Source of the DNA: an uncultured delta proteobacterium
GTDB lineage: Bacteria; Desulfobacterota; Binatia; UBA9968
DNA: 64,000 nt
Reading direction: 5' to 3'
Assembly: GCA_963745035.1 (NCBI GenBank)
Contig: CAVUVW010000010.1
Coordinates: 96,001 to 160,000 of the forward strand
Shown here: positions 29,978-39,739 of the stretch, piece by piece
Position numbering within the stretch: position 1 is the stretch's first letter
Layout of the letters: each line of letters starts with the position of its first letter
Notes under the pieces: model-generated
Database searches by the model: none
The model's input: the letters and a program-made list of their open reading frames with translations, nothing else
Told to the model about the DNA's origin: nothing
Translations under genes and position numbers: made by a program

Positions 29978-30934
29978 ATGAAATCCATTGCCCACTTCGT
30001 TGCGCTCGTGGCGCTGTTGTTTTTCGCCCCGCGGGACGCGCACGCGCAGCAAGAAAAGAAAACGCTGGAGCGAGTGCGGCTCACGGTGCCGGCCAAGTCG
30101 CTGACCTTTTTGCCGTACTATTTCGGCAAGGCGCAGGGCATCTTCGCGCGCGAGGGCGTCGATCTGGAGATTATCGTTATGCGCCCGCCGCTCGGCGTCA
30201 CGGCGCTGGTCGCCGGCGACCTCGATTACACGGCCGCGGGCGGCTTGTCGATTCGCGCGGCGATGAAGGGCGCATCGATTCGCACGGTCACCTTTATCCA
30301 AACGCGCTTGAGCTTCAGTCTGATCGGCCAGCCGGGCATGACGCCGGCGCGCATCCGTAACGTCGCGGTAAGCGGCATCGGTTCCTTGGCGCACTACGCG
30401 GCGACCACTGTGATGAAAAGACTGGGTAACGAAAAGGTCGCTTATATTTCGACCAACACGACCGGCAACAGTTACACGGCGCTGCTGGGTAAAGCGACGG
30501 ACGCTGCGATACTCTCGCCGCCTTTTACTTCCATGGCGGTGTTGGCGGGCTACCCGGATCTCGGCAACACCTTTGACGTGCGCGACCTGCAGGGCGGCCT
30601 GGTCGCGCGGATATCGCATATTCAAGAGCGGCGTGAGCAGGTAAGAGCCGTCATTCGCGCCACGCTGCGCAGCATGGACAGTCTTGTGAAAAACGAAAAC
30701 GAAGTGATTCTGTATCTACAAAAAGATTTCGGCCTGGAGCCGAAAATTGCCGCCGATACTTTCAAAATCCTCAAGCAGGTGGTCAATACCGACGGCGATA
30801 TCGAGGAACCTGTGCTGAAATCGATCGTCGATAAGATCAGGCAAGAGTCGGGCTACGCCGCCGAGGTCTCCCTCGATCGTCTCGTCGATCTATCGGTGCT
30901 GCGGGAGGTTCGGGGCGAGCTGCGCAAGCGATAA
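29978..30934 (+). CDS. ABC substrate-binding protein, NMT1/TauA family
   Basis: Signal peptide, GIFAREGVDLEII, ALVAGDLD. Confidence 0.8.
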   Translation: MKSIAHFVALVALLFFAPRDAHAQQEKKTLERVRLTVPAKSLTFLPYYFGKAQGIFAREGVDLEIIVMRPPLGVTALVAGDLDYTAAGGLSIRAAMKGASIRTVTFIQTRLSFSLIGQPGMTPARIRNVAVSGIGSLAHYAATTVMKRLGNEKVAYISTNTTGNSYTALLGKATDAAILSPPFTSMAVLAGYPDLGNTFDVRDLQGGLVARISHIQERREQVRAVIRATLRSMDSLVKNENEVILYLQKDFGLEPKIAADTFKILKQVVNTDGDIEEPVLKSIVDKIRQESGYAAEVSLDRLVDLSVLREVRGELRKR

Positions 30935-31004
30935 AGTCTTGCATAATTGAGCGATGGTTGAGTAAGATCATTGTGCTTGAAACCAAGCGCAATGGAGGTG
31001 CCAT

Positions 31005-31475
31005 ATGAAGTATTTATTGGTTGTGGCGACACTGGTAATCAGCTTGGCGCTGGGGCAGAGCGCGGCGCTCGCGGACATGTCTCCGCCGCCGAAGGACAAA
31101 CCGGAGAACGCCAATATTGCCGCGGGACGGAAGGCGATCGAGGGCAAGGATTTCAAGGCTGCCGTGGGGCATCTGGCAAAGGCTGTCCAGGAAGAGCCGA
31201 GAAACGCCGACGCGCACAGCATGTTGGGCTACAGCTATCGCAAGGTCGGCACCTTCGACAAGTCGATGGAGCACTATCAAGCCGCGCTCAAGCTCGACGC
31301 CAATCATCGCAGTGCGCATGAGTATCTCGGCGAGCTTTATCTCGATATGAACCAGCTCGACAACGCCGAAAAGCAGCTTGCCTCCTTGAAGAAGGCCTGC
31401 CCGTTCTTCGGCCGTTGCGATGAGTTCGATGACCTGAAAAAGGCCATCGACGCCTACAAAGCCAAGAAAAAGTAG
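31005..31475 (+). CDS. Exported TPR protein
   Basis: Signal peptide; NADAHSMLGYSYRK, HRSAHEYLGELYL. Confidence 0.85.
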   Translation: MKYLLVVATLVISLALGQSAALADMSPPPKDKPENANIAAGRKAIEGKDFKAAVGHLAKAVQEEPRNADAHSMLGYSYRKVGTFDKSMEHYQAALKLDANHRSAHEYLGELYLDMNQLDNAEKQLASLKKACPFFGRCDEFDDLKKAIDAYKAKKK

Positions 31476-31529
31476 TAACAGTTCGATTTCGGGTTCGCGT
31501 TGGCTAGGAGAGAAGTCGAAGGAGATTCC

Positions 31530-32249
31530 ATGGCTGACGGAAGAGCGCGGATAGGGTTTGTCAGCGGCGGCGCCGGCTCGATGCCGCATTACAATAGTTT
31601 TTTGCCGATCGTTCCGAGAGAGATCGAGATCGATTTCCAAGGCTTGGAGCTTTACGGCAAATCGCTTTACGAAATCGCCAACAAAAAGGATTATATCGTC
31701 GGACGAGTTGCACAGCTCGCCGAGCAGCGTGGTTGGCATGGCGTCATTCTCACCGCCGCGCCGACCGAAGTTTTGAACCCCGGGCTCTTTGCCTCTCTTC
31801 AATCGGCGCTGTCGGTTCCATTCACCACAGCTTTGAACGCCTGCGTGGCGGCCCTGCGTGTGTACGCGGCGCCGCGCGTACTGCTGCTCACGCCTTTCGA
31901 TGACCGACTGAACAGGCTGATCGTCGATCACCTGGAGAGGGCCGGTGTGGCCGCGCTCGCGCCGCAGTCGTTTGACGAGCTGGCCGTGCCCAAGCGCATG
32001 ACGCCGGAGGAGGTCTTCGAGCTGACCGCAAAGAATCTCACTGGGGTCGGCGCTGTGGACGCGATTTATTTCCAAGGCGCGGTGCTCGATCCGATCAAGT
32101 GTCTTGATCGGATCGAGTCGGAGCTCCAAAAAACCGTGATCGCCAGCAATCCAGCGATGCTTTGGTATGTTCTCTCCAAGTTGAAACTTTCCTATCCCAT
32201 AACTGGGTATGGCCGCCTGCTAAGAGAATGGCCGGCGCTTCCGAAATAG
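31530..32249 (+). CDS. Arylmalonate decarboxylase/maleate isomerase (Asp/Glu racemase superfamily) homolog
   Basis: RIGFV, VLLLTPF, DAIYF, IESELQKTVIASNPAMLW, GYGRLL. Confidence 0.75.
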   Translation: MADGRARIGFVSGGAGSMPHYNSFLPIVPREIEIDFQGLELYGKSLYEIANKKDYIVGRVAQLAEQRGWHGVILTAAPTEVLNPGLFASLQSALSVPFTTALNACVAALRVYAAPRVLLLTPFDDRLNRLIVDHLERAGVAALAPQSFDELAVPKRMTPEEVFELTAKNLTGVGAVDAIYFQGAVLDPIKCLDRIESELQKTVIASNPAMLWYVLSKLKLSYPITGYGRLLREWPALPK

Positions 32250-32251
32250 TT

Positions 32252-32290
32252 GTTCAAGCCGTTCAAAACGTTTAAATCGTTCAAACCGTT
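32252..32290. repeat. Nonamer tandem repeat GTTCAANNN x4
   Basis: GTTCAAGCC GTTCAAAAC GTTTAAATC GTTCAAACC GTT; second array at 55378. Confidence 0.8.
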
Positions 32291-32306
32291 ACGGCGGGAA
32301 CGCGAA

Positions 32307-32335
32307 TGTCATCCTGAGGCGAAGCCGAAGGATCT
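32307..32335. repeat. REP-like element
   Basis: TGTCATCCTGAGGCGAAGCCGAAGGATCT; same TGTCAT...ATCT frame as copies at 38339-38408. Confidence 0.6.
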
Positions 32336-32354
32336 GCTTTTTTCAGGTCGATCG

Positions 32355-33176
32355 TTAGCTCAGTGTCCGCTTCAGCCAATCCGTTACAATCTCCGACACT
32401 TTGTCTTCCGCGCCGACGTAGAAGTGATCGCAGTTGGAGATGATCGCGATCTCGCACGGGCCGGCGCAGTTTTCCTTGAATCGTTCCGCCGGATAGTTTT
32501 CTCGCGGCTCCTGGTCGCCGCGAATGAATAGCACCGGACATTTGATTCGCTTGGCGTTTTCCACGAGGTCCGGCGCGTTGGTGAGGCGGTCGAGATAGGT
32601 GCGCGCCGAGATCACCCACCACCAGGCGGGAATGAGCATGAGATCGCGCGGTTTGCCGGCGGCGACCAAAGACTCTGCCTGCTTTTTCAGCTCGTCCGGA
32701 TTTCCGGCCAGGGAAAAATTTCGCGCCGAGCGCGGATTGCTCATACGATTGCCGCCGGCGTGTGCGGAGAGCAGGATCAAGGCGCGCGTCTCGGGATGAT
32801 TCGCCACGTGCTCGCTGGCGAGCACGCCGCCGTTGCTGTGGCCGACGACGATCGGACCGGCGAAGCCTTTTCCGGCCAGATATTTCGCCGCCAGCTCGTT
32901 GTCCTCGATTCCTTCGGCGACGGTTTGATAAGCGCCGCCGACGCACTCGCGGCTGTCGTAGGTGCTCACCGAGTCATGGCCGCGCCGGTTGAACGGCATG
33001 AAGACGTAGCCGAGCGAAGTAACATGCGGCGCAAGAAAACGCGCCGCGCACACATAAAAATTCATCTGATTGCCGTGACAATACATCGCCGCGCCCTTGA
33101 TCGGGCCTTCGGGAGTGTAGTACGCAGCATCGAGAGGATGGGTCGGTGTCGGAATACTGATAAGTTCGGTACGCAT
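32355..33176 (-). CDS. Alpha/beta hydrolase
   Basis: HGNQMNF, NRRGHD, GHSNGG, PVLFIRGDQE, CDHFY. Confidence 0.85.
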   Translation of the reverse strand: MRTELISIPTPTHPLDAAYYTPEGPIKGAAMYCHGNQMNFYVCAARFLAPHVTSLGYVFMPFNRRGHDSVSTYDSRECVGGAYQTVAEGIEDNELAAKYLAGKGFAGPIVVGHSNGGVLASEHVANHPETRALILLSAHAGGNRMSNPRSARNFSLAGNPDELKKQAESLVAAGKPRDLMLIPAWWWVISARTYLDRLTNAPDLVENAKRIKCPVLFIRGDQEPRENYPAERFKENCAGPCEIAIISNCDHFYVGAEDKVSEIVTDWLKRTLS

Positions 33177-33255
33177 TTCGAGCTCCTGAAGTATTTTCTA
33201 GCCAAAGTATCGTCGAAGCGAGCTCGAATTCAAAGCATTGAAGAAAGGAATTTCT

Positions 33256-34381
33256 ATGCCGGGAGAAAAGATCGCACCGTTTCGCGCCAATCATGTCGGT
33301 AGCCTGTTGCGGCCACCCGAGCTGCACCAGGCGAGGGAACGGCGTCAAAGAGGGGAGATCGGCGCCGCAGAGCTGCGCGCCGTCGAAGACCGCGCAATTC
33401 GCGAAGTGGTAAAAATGCAGGAAGACGTCGGTATGCAAGGGATCACCGACGGCGAATTCCGGCGCACGCTCTGGAACGCCGACTTCTTGAGCCAAATTCA
33501 CGGTATCAAAGTCGTCGAAGGACTCGCGCCGGATGCGACGAAGAGTTTTCAGAACCCCGATTCCAGCGTGCAGCGCTCGCCGACACAATTCGTCGTGACC
33601 GGGAAGCTGGCGCACGACCACGGTATCGAGACTGAGAATTTCAAATTTCTCGCCTCCGTTACCAAGCAAACGCCCAAGCAGTGCATTCCGTCGCCGTCGC
33701 TGGTGCATTTTCGTACGGGACGCGGCGGTGTCGATAAGACTGCATATCCCGCAGATGGAGGAATTCTTCGCTGATTTGGCGCGAGTGTTCCGCGAAGAAA
33801 TCGCCGATCTAGCCGCCGCCGGCTGCCGCTATTTGCAGATCGACGACGTGAACTTCGCGTATCTCTGCGATCCCAAGATGCGCGAAGGTGCGAGGAAGAT
33901 CGGCGAGGATCCGGATAAGCTGCCGGCTTTGTACGCCAGGCTGATCAACGATTGCATTAAAGACCGGCCTGCCGATATGGCGGTGTGCACCCATCTCTGC
34001 CGCGGCAATTTCGCCAGCGCATGGGTTGCCGAAGGCGGCTACGATCCGGTGGCGGAAGTGTTGTTCAACGAGTTGGCGGTTGACGGCTACTTTCTCGAAT
34101 TCGATACAGCCCGCGCCGGCAATTTCGCGCCGCTGCGTTACATGCCCAAAGGAAAAAAACTGATTCTCGGACTGGTCACCTCGAAATCCGGCGAGCTCGA
34201 GAATCCCGACGACTTAAAGCGCCGCATCGACGACGCGAGCAAGCTCGTGCCGCTCGACCAGCTCGGCATCAGCCCGCAGTGCGGCTTTTCCAGCACGGTG
34301 CTGGGCAACAAATTGACGATCGATGACCAGATCGCCAAGCTCAAGTTGGTCGTTCAGGTGGCGAAGGAGGTGTGGGGATAG
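33256..34381 (+). CDS. Cobalamin-independent methionine synthase II-like protein (MetE C-terminal domain; frameshift near 33750)
   Basis: HVGSLLRP, TDGEFRR, LQIDD, Zn ligands HLCRGN, FLEFD, SPQCGF. Confidence 0.9.
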
Positions 34382-34469
34382 ACACCTGGAACGCTGCCAA
34401 TGCGGCAAAAGAGTTTGTTGCTTCGCCGGGAGTTTTGTGAATAATTTAGTGTTCTAAGGAGGGCATGTC

Positions 34470-34781
34470 ATGAGACGGAAAATTTGTACGACGGCGGCTG
34501 CGATCGTATTGACGTCTGCGCTTTGGGGATGTCAGGCGATGACTGGAAGGACCGCGGGGGAGAATCTCGACGATACCAATGTCACCGCTGCGGTGAAGGC
34601 TCAGTTGGGGCAGGATAAGCTGTCGACGTTGACGCGCATCGAAGTCGATACCAACGACGGCGTGGTGGCGCTCAACGGCACGGTCGAATCTGCAGAGCAG
34701 CGTGCCCGCGCGGAACAATTGGCCCGAAAGGTCAACGGCGTCAAACGGGTGGTCAATAACCTGCAAGTGCAGCGTAAGTGA
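34470..34781 (+). CDS. BON-domain lipoprotein
   Basis: LWGC lipobox, DDTNVTAAVKAQL, IEVDT..GVVALNG, GVKRVVNNL. Confidence 0.9.
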   Translation: MRRKICTTAAAIVLTSALWGCQAMTGRTAGENLDDTNVTAAVKAQLGQDKLSTLTRIEVDTNDGVVALNGTVESAEQRARAEQLARKVNGVKRVVNNLQVQRK

Positions 34782-34882
34782 CTGCCGATTTTTGTTGGAT
34801 CCTGTCGCTGTGAGGACGGACGGAGGATGAAGATCGCGAGTCTTCGATCCTCCAACGCCTTGGCGTAATCTCGGGCCCGCGC

Positions 34883-35869
34883 TTACTTGTTCACCGCATC
34901 GATAAAGCCGCTCTTTTCGAGCTGTTCGACGACCGAGAAGTCAACGAACTGTTCCGGTTTCGGCAGAGGTTTTTTCCCCGCGAAGTGGTTTTCGACCAGG
35001 AACTGCACCGCCTTCAATGACGGCCGCGGGGTTTTCTGCAAGGTCGGTGCGTAGTCCTGCCAAGTTCCTTCGAGTATCTCGTCATCGCTAATTTTGCCGT
35101 ATTTGGCGAGGACCTTCTTGCTGAATGCCTTATCAGTCCGGTACCGGTGCATTCCGCGGGTGAAGCCGCGTAGGAAACGAACGGCTGTGTCGCGGTTTTG
35201 GTTGATGAAGGCTCTGGTCGTGATTACAGTGCCGTTGATGTCTTCGACGCCGAGATCAGCGAAATTGATCAGCTCGCGCATACCGAGCTGCGCTGCCTTA
35301 GGGTACAGCGGAAAGCTCAAAGCGCCGGCTTGAATGGCGCCGCTCTGCAGCCCCGCGAAAACTTCAGGCTGCGCCCCGAAAGAAAGCAGGGCGACGTCTT
35401 TGTTCGGTTCCAGATTGAATTTCTTGAGAGCGATCCGAACCACTTGATCGGAAGTGGAGCCGAAAGTCGTGATGCCGGCTTTCTTCCCTTTCAAGTCCGC
35501 CGGCTGCCTTATTTCGGGGCGAACCATCAAACGAAAGGGGGACACAGTTCCGGTGGCGCCGATGATCACGACATCGCCGCCCGCGGCAGTGGCCGCGACC
35601 GCCGCGGCGGCGCCCGCTTGTATGATCGGCGCGCTGCCGCCGAGCATGGCCGCGACCATGCGCGTGCTGCCGCCGACGCGAATCAATTCGACGTCCAGAC
35701 CCTCATCCAGAAAATAACCGGCTTCTTTGGCAATCCAGGCGGTCGCCCACGAACCGGCGAAGCTGGGGTAGAGGAGCCGCATCGGCATCGGCGCCGAGGC
35801 TGCGAAAGCGGCCGCGGGTACCAAGACAGAAACCATAGATAGAATGATCGTTCGCAACGTTCTTGACAT
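34883..35869 (-). CDS. ABC substrate-binding protein, NMT1/TauA/SsuA family
   Basis: WIAKEAGYF..EGLDVEL, DLKGKKAGIT.FGS. Confidence 0.85.
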   Translation of the reverse strand: MSRTLRTIILSMVSVLVPAAAFAASAPMPMRLLYPSFAGSWATAWIAKEAGYFLDEGLDVELIRVGGSTRMVAAMLGGSAPIIQAGAAAAVAATAAGGDVVIIGATGTVSPFRLMVRPEIRQPADLKGKKAGITTFGSTSDQVVRIALKKFNLEPNKDVALLSFGAQPEVFAGLQSGAIQAGALSFPLYPKAAQLGMRELINFADLGVEDINGTVITTRAFINQNRDTAVRFLRGFTRGMHRYRTDKAFSKKVLAKYGKISDDEILEGTWQDYAPTLQKTPRPSLKAVQFLVENHFAGKKPLPKPEQFVDFSVVEQLEKSGFIDAVNK

Positions 35870-35907
35870 GCATACCTCCGTGCAAAGGTTCGAAAGGGTG
35901 ATTCAGT

Positions 35908-35975
35908 TCAGTTCCCGTTTCCAGCGACTTCGCGAAACAGTCGCATAAAATTTCCGCCGATGATTTTTTGAATTG
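35908..35975 (-). pseudogene. Possible remnant of a membrane dipeptidase (M19) C-terminus
   Basis: IQKIIGGNFMRLFREV-stop with no coherent upstream frame. Confidence 0.4.
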
Positions 35976-36246
35976 GCGCCGTCGGTCGAGTCCGCGAGTA
36001 GCGCTTGGTCGCCAAGTAACGCGCGCAGCAGAGTCGAATCGATGAACACCCCGCCAAGTCCCGCGACGAGGAAGCGAAAAAATCCGCGCCGTGCAATCGA
36101 AGGATGGGCGGCGCGAGACGTTTGCCGTTGAGCTGGTTCGCGAGCAGTCATTGAAATTGTTTGTGACGGGGATGTCTTCCAAATTACACGGCCCTTGTTC
36201 GCATCCGGCACCTCGGCCATGTAAAAAGGAGCGCAGGCGATCCAGG

Positions 36247-37470
36247 ATGCAGCGTGAACATACATCAAAGCCGGCGCTTTTGAAAAGTTCGCAGGAGCGC
36301 CCGGCCGGCTCGGCTTTCAAAGCGCAACTCGGGCCGGTTTATTTTCTCGTCGTCATCTTTTTGCTCAACTTCGTTTCACGCATCATTCTCTCGCCGCTGC
36401 TGCCGACGATCGAAAAAGAATTGGCGATCACCCACAGCCAGGCTGGCTTTTTTTTCTTTTTGACTTCCGGCGGCTATCTGGCGGGGTTGTTGTCCTCCGG
36501 TTTGCTCGCGTCGCGCACGAGCCATCGAGTGACGATCGTCGTTGCCAGCGCGGGCGTCGGCGCCGCGATGTTAGCCGTCGCCTTTGCCGGCGGCTTGGGC
36601 GTGATGCGCTGCGCGCTTTTTAGCGTCGGATTCGCCGCCGGCCTTTACATGCCCTCGGCGATCGCCACCATCACGGCTCTGGTCGATCGCCCGCACTGGG
36701 GCAAGGCGATCGCAGTGCACGAGCTCGCGCCCAACCTGGCATTCTTTATAAGCCCGTTTATCGCCGAGTTGTTTCTCAAATGGGCGAGCTGGCGGTCGGC
36801 ATTGGCCGTTCTGGGCGCTTTGTCGATTCTTGCAAGCGCTGGGTTTGCGCGGTTCGGCAGGGGCGGCGAGTTTCCCGGAGAGTCGCCGCTATCGAGCGCA
36901 TTCGGCGCGCTCGCCCGCATACCGACATTCTGGCTGATGATCATTCTCTTTGGCTTCGGCGTGAGCTCGACGGTGGGCGTATACGCGATGCTGCCGCTTT
37001 ATCTGGTTACGGAACGCGCCTTCGATCCGAGCTGGGCGAACACGATTCTGGCATTTTCCCGTTCCCATGGTCCGATTCTCGGACTACTCGGCGGCTGGGC
37101 GTCCGATAAACTCGGCGCGGGACGCACGATGGTCATTAGCTTGGGATTCACCGGGATCACTACGTTGCTGTTGGGTTTGCTTTCGGACGCGGGCCTCGGC
37201 GCTGTGGTGCTGGTCCAGCCATTGGTTGCCGTGTGGTTTTTTCCCGCGGCCTTTGCGGCGATCGCCATGATCACCCCGCCCAACGCGCGCAATCTCGCGG
37301 TGTCGTTCTCGGTGCCGTTCGGATTTCTTATCGGCGGCGGTCTGATTCCCACCATGATCGGGGCGATGGGCGATGCCGGTTCCTTCGCGACCGGATTCGT
37401 GATCACCGGCTCGCTTATTTTTTCCGGCGGGTTGTTGGCGCTGACGCTGAAATTGCCGGAGAAAGCGTGA
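36247..37470 (+). CDS. MFS transporter
   Basis: About 12 hydrophobic segments, GGWASDKLG motif. Confidence 0.88.
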   Translation: MQREHTSKPALLKSSQERPAGSAFKAQLGPVYFLVVIFLLNFVSRIILSPLLPTIEKELAITHSQAGFFFFLTSGGYLAGLLSSGLLASRTSHRVTIVVASAGVGAAMLAVAFAGGLGVMRCALFSVGFAAGLYMPSAIATITALVDRPHWGKAIAVHELAPNLAFFISPFIAELFLKWASWRSALAVLGALSILASAGFARFGRGGEFPGESPLSSAFGALARIPTFWLMIILFGFGVSSTVGVYAMLPLYLVTERAFDPSWANTILAFSRSHGPILGLLGGWASDKLGAGRTMVISLGFTGITTLLLGLLSDAGLGAVVLVQPLVAVWFFPAAFAAIAMITPPNARNLAVSFSVPFGFLIGGGLIPTMIGAMGDAGSFATGFVITGSLIFSGGLLALTLKLPEKA

Positions 37471-37511
37471 CGCGGTTGTCTTTGCCGCACCGGCTGTTCT
37501 ATAGATTCTTC

Positions 37512-38267
37512 ATGATGACCTTGAATGATTTTGCCGAGAAAATGCGCGCGAGCGAGGATATCGTGGTTTTTACCGGCGCCGGCATCAGCACGGAATCCGG
37601 CATTCCCGATTTTCGCAGCCCCGGCGGCATCTGGACGCGCTATCGGCCGATCACGTTTCAGGAATATATCAGCAGCGAAACAGCACGAATCGAGGCGTGG
37701 AGGCGGCGGCTCGAGGGTTGGGAGCAGTACAAGAACGCCAGACCGAACATCGGCCACTATTTCATCCAGTCGCTCGATGCCAAGGGCAAGCTGATCGGCT
37801 TGATTACGCAGAACGTAGACGGTCTCCACAGTGCAGCTGGTCTTACGGAGGAGAAAATCGTCGAGCTGCACGGCAGCAACCGGCAGGTGCTCTGTTTGAG
37901 TTGCGAACGGACTTACGATCCCGACGAAATCATCCAGCGGTTAGTCGGCGAATTCGAGTCGCCCAAGTGCAGCGCTTGCGGCGGCATCCTCAAGTCCGCG
38001 ACGGTGTCGTTCGGCCAAGCGATGCCGGAAAAAGCCATGCGCCAGGCGCAAGAGTGGACCGCGCAGGCCGAGGTGTTCGTCGTGATGGGATCGTCTTTGC
38101 AAGTGCAGCCGGCGGCGTCGTTTCCGATGACGGCGAAGCGCAATGACGCGCTGCTGGCGATTATTAACCGGGAGCCCGGCCCGCTCGACGACGTCGCGGA
38201 CTTCGTGCACCACGGCGCCATCGGCGAATTTTGCGCGCGCTTCGGCGAGATGATCGCCGACGGATAA
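37512..38267 (+). CDS. cobB: Sir2-family NAD-dependent deacylase
   Basis: TGAGISTESGIPDFR, TQNVDGLH, ELHG, CxxC..CxxC, GSSLQVQPAA. Confidence 0.9.
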   Translation: MMTLNDFAEKMRASEDIVVFTGAGISTESGIPDFRSPGGIWTRYRPITFQEYISSETARIEAWRRRLEGWEQYKNARPNIGHYFIQSLDAKGKLIGLITQNVDGLHSAAGLTEEKIVELHGSNRQVLCLSCERTYDPDEIIQRLVGEFESPKCSACGGILKSATVSFGQAMPEKAMRQAQEWTAQAEVFVVMGSSLQVQPAASFPMTAKRNDALLAIINREPGPLDDVADFVHHGAIGEFCARFGEMIADG

Positions 38268-38280
38268 ATCGAAGCAGATA

Positions 38281-38500
38281 CACCACGAAGTGATTCATGA
38301 GCTCATGCTCGTCCGCAGATGCTGAAAATACGTGCGAAAGATTCCTCACATCCGTTCGGAATGACAACAACAGTAGACAAATGTCATTTCAAAGGAAGTG
38401 AAAAATCTTCTATCTGTTATTTCAAAGGGAGGCCGCGAAGCACACGAAGATCTCAAATAGACGTAATCCAAACTTCGTGATCTTCGTGAACTTCGTGGTG
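38281..38500. repeat. Composite intergenic element: nonamer inverted repeat enclosing a REP-like inverted pair
   Basis: CACCACGAAG (38281) is the reverse complement of CTTCGTGGTG (38491); CTTCGTGAT CTTCGTGAA CTTCGTGGT tandem; inner AGATTCCTCACATCCGTTCGGAATGACA / TGTCATTTCAAAGGAAGTGAAAAATCT. Confidence 0.7.
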
Positions 38501-38542
38501 TGTAAGGAAACCGTGACGAGCGCGCGATAAAGAGGAAACGTT

Positions 38543-39547
38543 ATGACTGATTGGAAACTGATCGACGCCGACGGCCATATCCGCGAAGTGGAAAGCGACG
38601 TATTCGAGTATCTGCCCGATTATTACAAGAGCCGGCGCGAGGCGGTGCTCTATTTCCCGCTGTTGCCGCACCATGGCTGGCACCGGCAAGCCGGGCGCGC
38701 CGGCATCGGCGCTTCATTTATGATTCCCACGCTGGAAGATTGGCGCCGGGCCCTCGACCAAGGCAACATCGAAGCCGCCGTCGTCTATCCCACGCGCTTC
38801 ATGCATATCGGCCAAGTCGGCATGACCGAGTTCGCGGTCGATCTCAGCCGCGCGTACAACGATTATCTGCACGACCGCTTTCTCCGACCGGAGCCTCGCT
38901 TGAAGGGCATCGCCGTGTTGCCGCTGCAGGACGTGGCCGCGGCGGTCGCCGAGCTGCGCCGGTCGGTGAAAGACTACGGCATGGTCGGTGGCCTGCTGCC
39001 GGCCGACGGCTTGCCGCGCCCGCTCGGCCATCCGGAGTTCCATCCGCTCTACGAAGAGGCCAATCGGCTCGGTTGCATGCTGGCGGTGCACTCGCAGAAC
39101 TCTCTGCGCAACAACGATCTATTCATGTGGCGCGGCGAAGCCGCGACGCTCGCTCACGTCTGGCCGCAGATGCGCCAATTTACCAACCTGATGTTTTCCG
39201 GTCTGCTCGGGCGGCTGCCCGACTTAAAAATCGCCTTTCTCGAAGCGGGCTGCGGCTGGGTGCCCTATTTGATGAGCAAGATGGGCGCGCGCATGGGCGA
39301 GGCCTTGCCGCCCGCGAAGTTGATCGAGCGCGGGCAAGTCTATTTTCAGTGCGGCGAGGAGATGACTACGGCCCGCGATGTGGAGCTGCTCGGCGATGAA
39401 TGCTTGTTCTGGGCGTCGGACTTTCCGCACGAAGGCATCGTCGATATGAGCAAGGCGGTGGACGAATTCTTGCGCCGGGAAGATCTTGCCGAGGGCGCGA
39501 AACGCAAGATCGGCTACGACAATCCGAAAAGGCTTTACAGACTTTAA
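38543..39547 (+). CDS. Amidohydrolase_2 family protein
   Basis: IDADGH, YPT, AFLEAGCGW, WASDFPH, DNPKRLY. Confidence 0.88.
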   Translation: MTDWKLIDADGHIREVESDVFEYLPDYYKSRREAVLYFPLLPHHGWHRQAGRAGIGASFMIPTLEDWRRALDQGNIEAAVVYPTRFMHIGQVGMTEFAVDLSRAYNDYLHDRFLRPEPRLKGIAVLPLQDVAAAVAELRRSVKDYGMVGGLLPADGLPRPLGHPEFHPLYEEANRLGCMLAVHSQNSLRNNDLFMWRGEAATLAHVWPQMRQFTNLMFSGLLGRLPDLKIAFLEAGCGWVPYLMSKMGARMGEALPPAKLIERGQVYFQCGEEMTTARDVELLGDECLFWASDFPHEGIVDMSKAVDEFLRREDLAEGAKRKIGYDNPKRLYRL

Positions 39548-39739
39548 AAATTGGCTCCAAGGTTCCAATGATTCAGCTGTTCCAAATGGTCGAAATCCCG
39601 AGTATGTTGCGAAGGTGAATACAAAGGTGAATACAAATGACGCGCGGTAGTCCATAGCCTCTGTGGTTTGCTACGTGCAACAACGTTCGGAACCTGCCTA
39701 TTTCGGTTCATTAAAAACATTATACAAGTTGAGTGTGCG

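Noticed and set aside
32252-32290. Short periodic repeats as a CRISPR array
   Set aside because: Units are 7-9 nt with no spacers and there are no cas genes in the window
37512-38267. Sir2 gene as an anti-phage system (Thoeris/DSR)
   Set aside because: Ordinary CobB-type sirtuin with Zn ribbon and no defence neighbours
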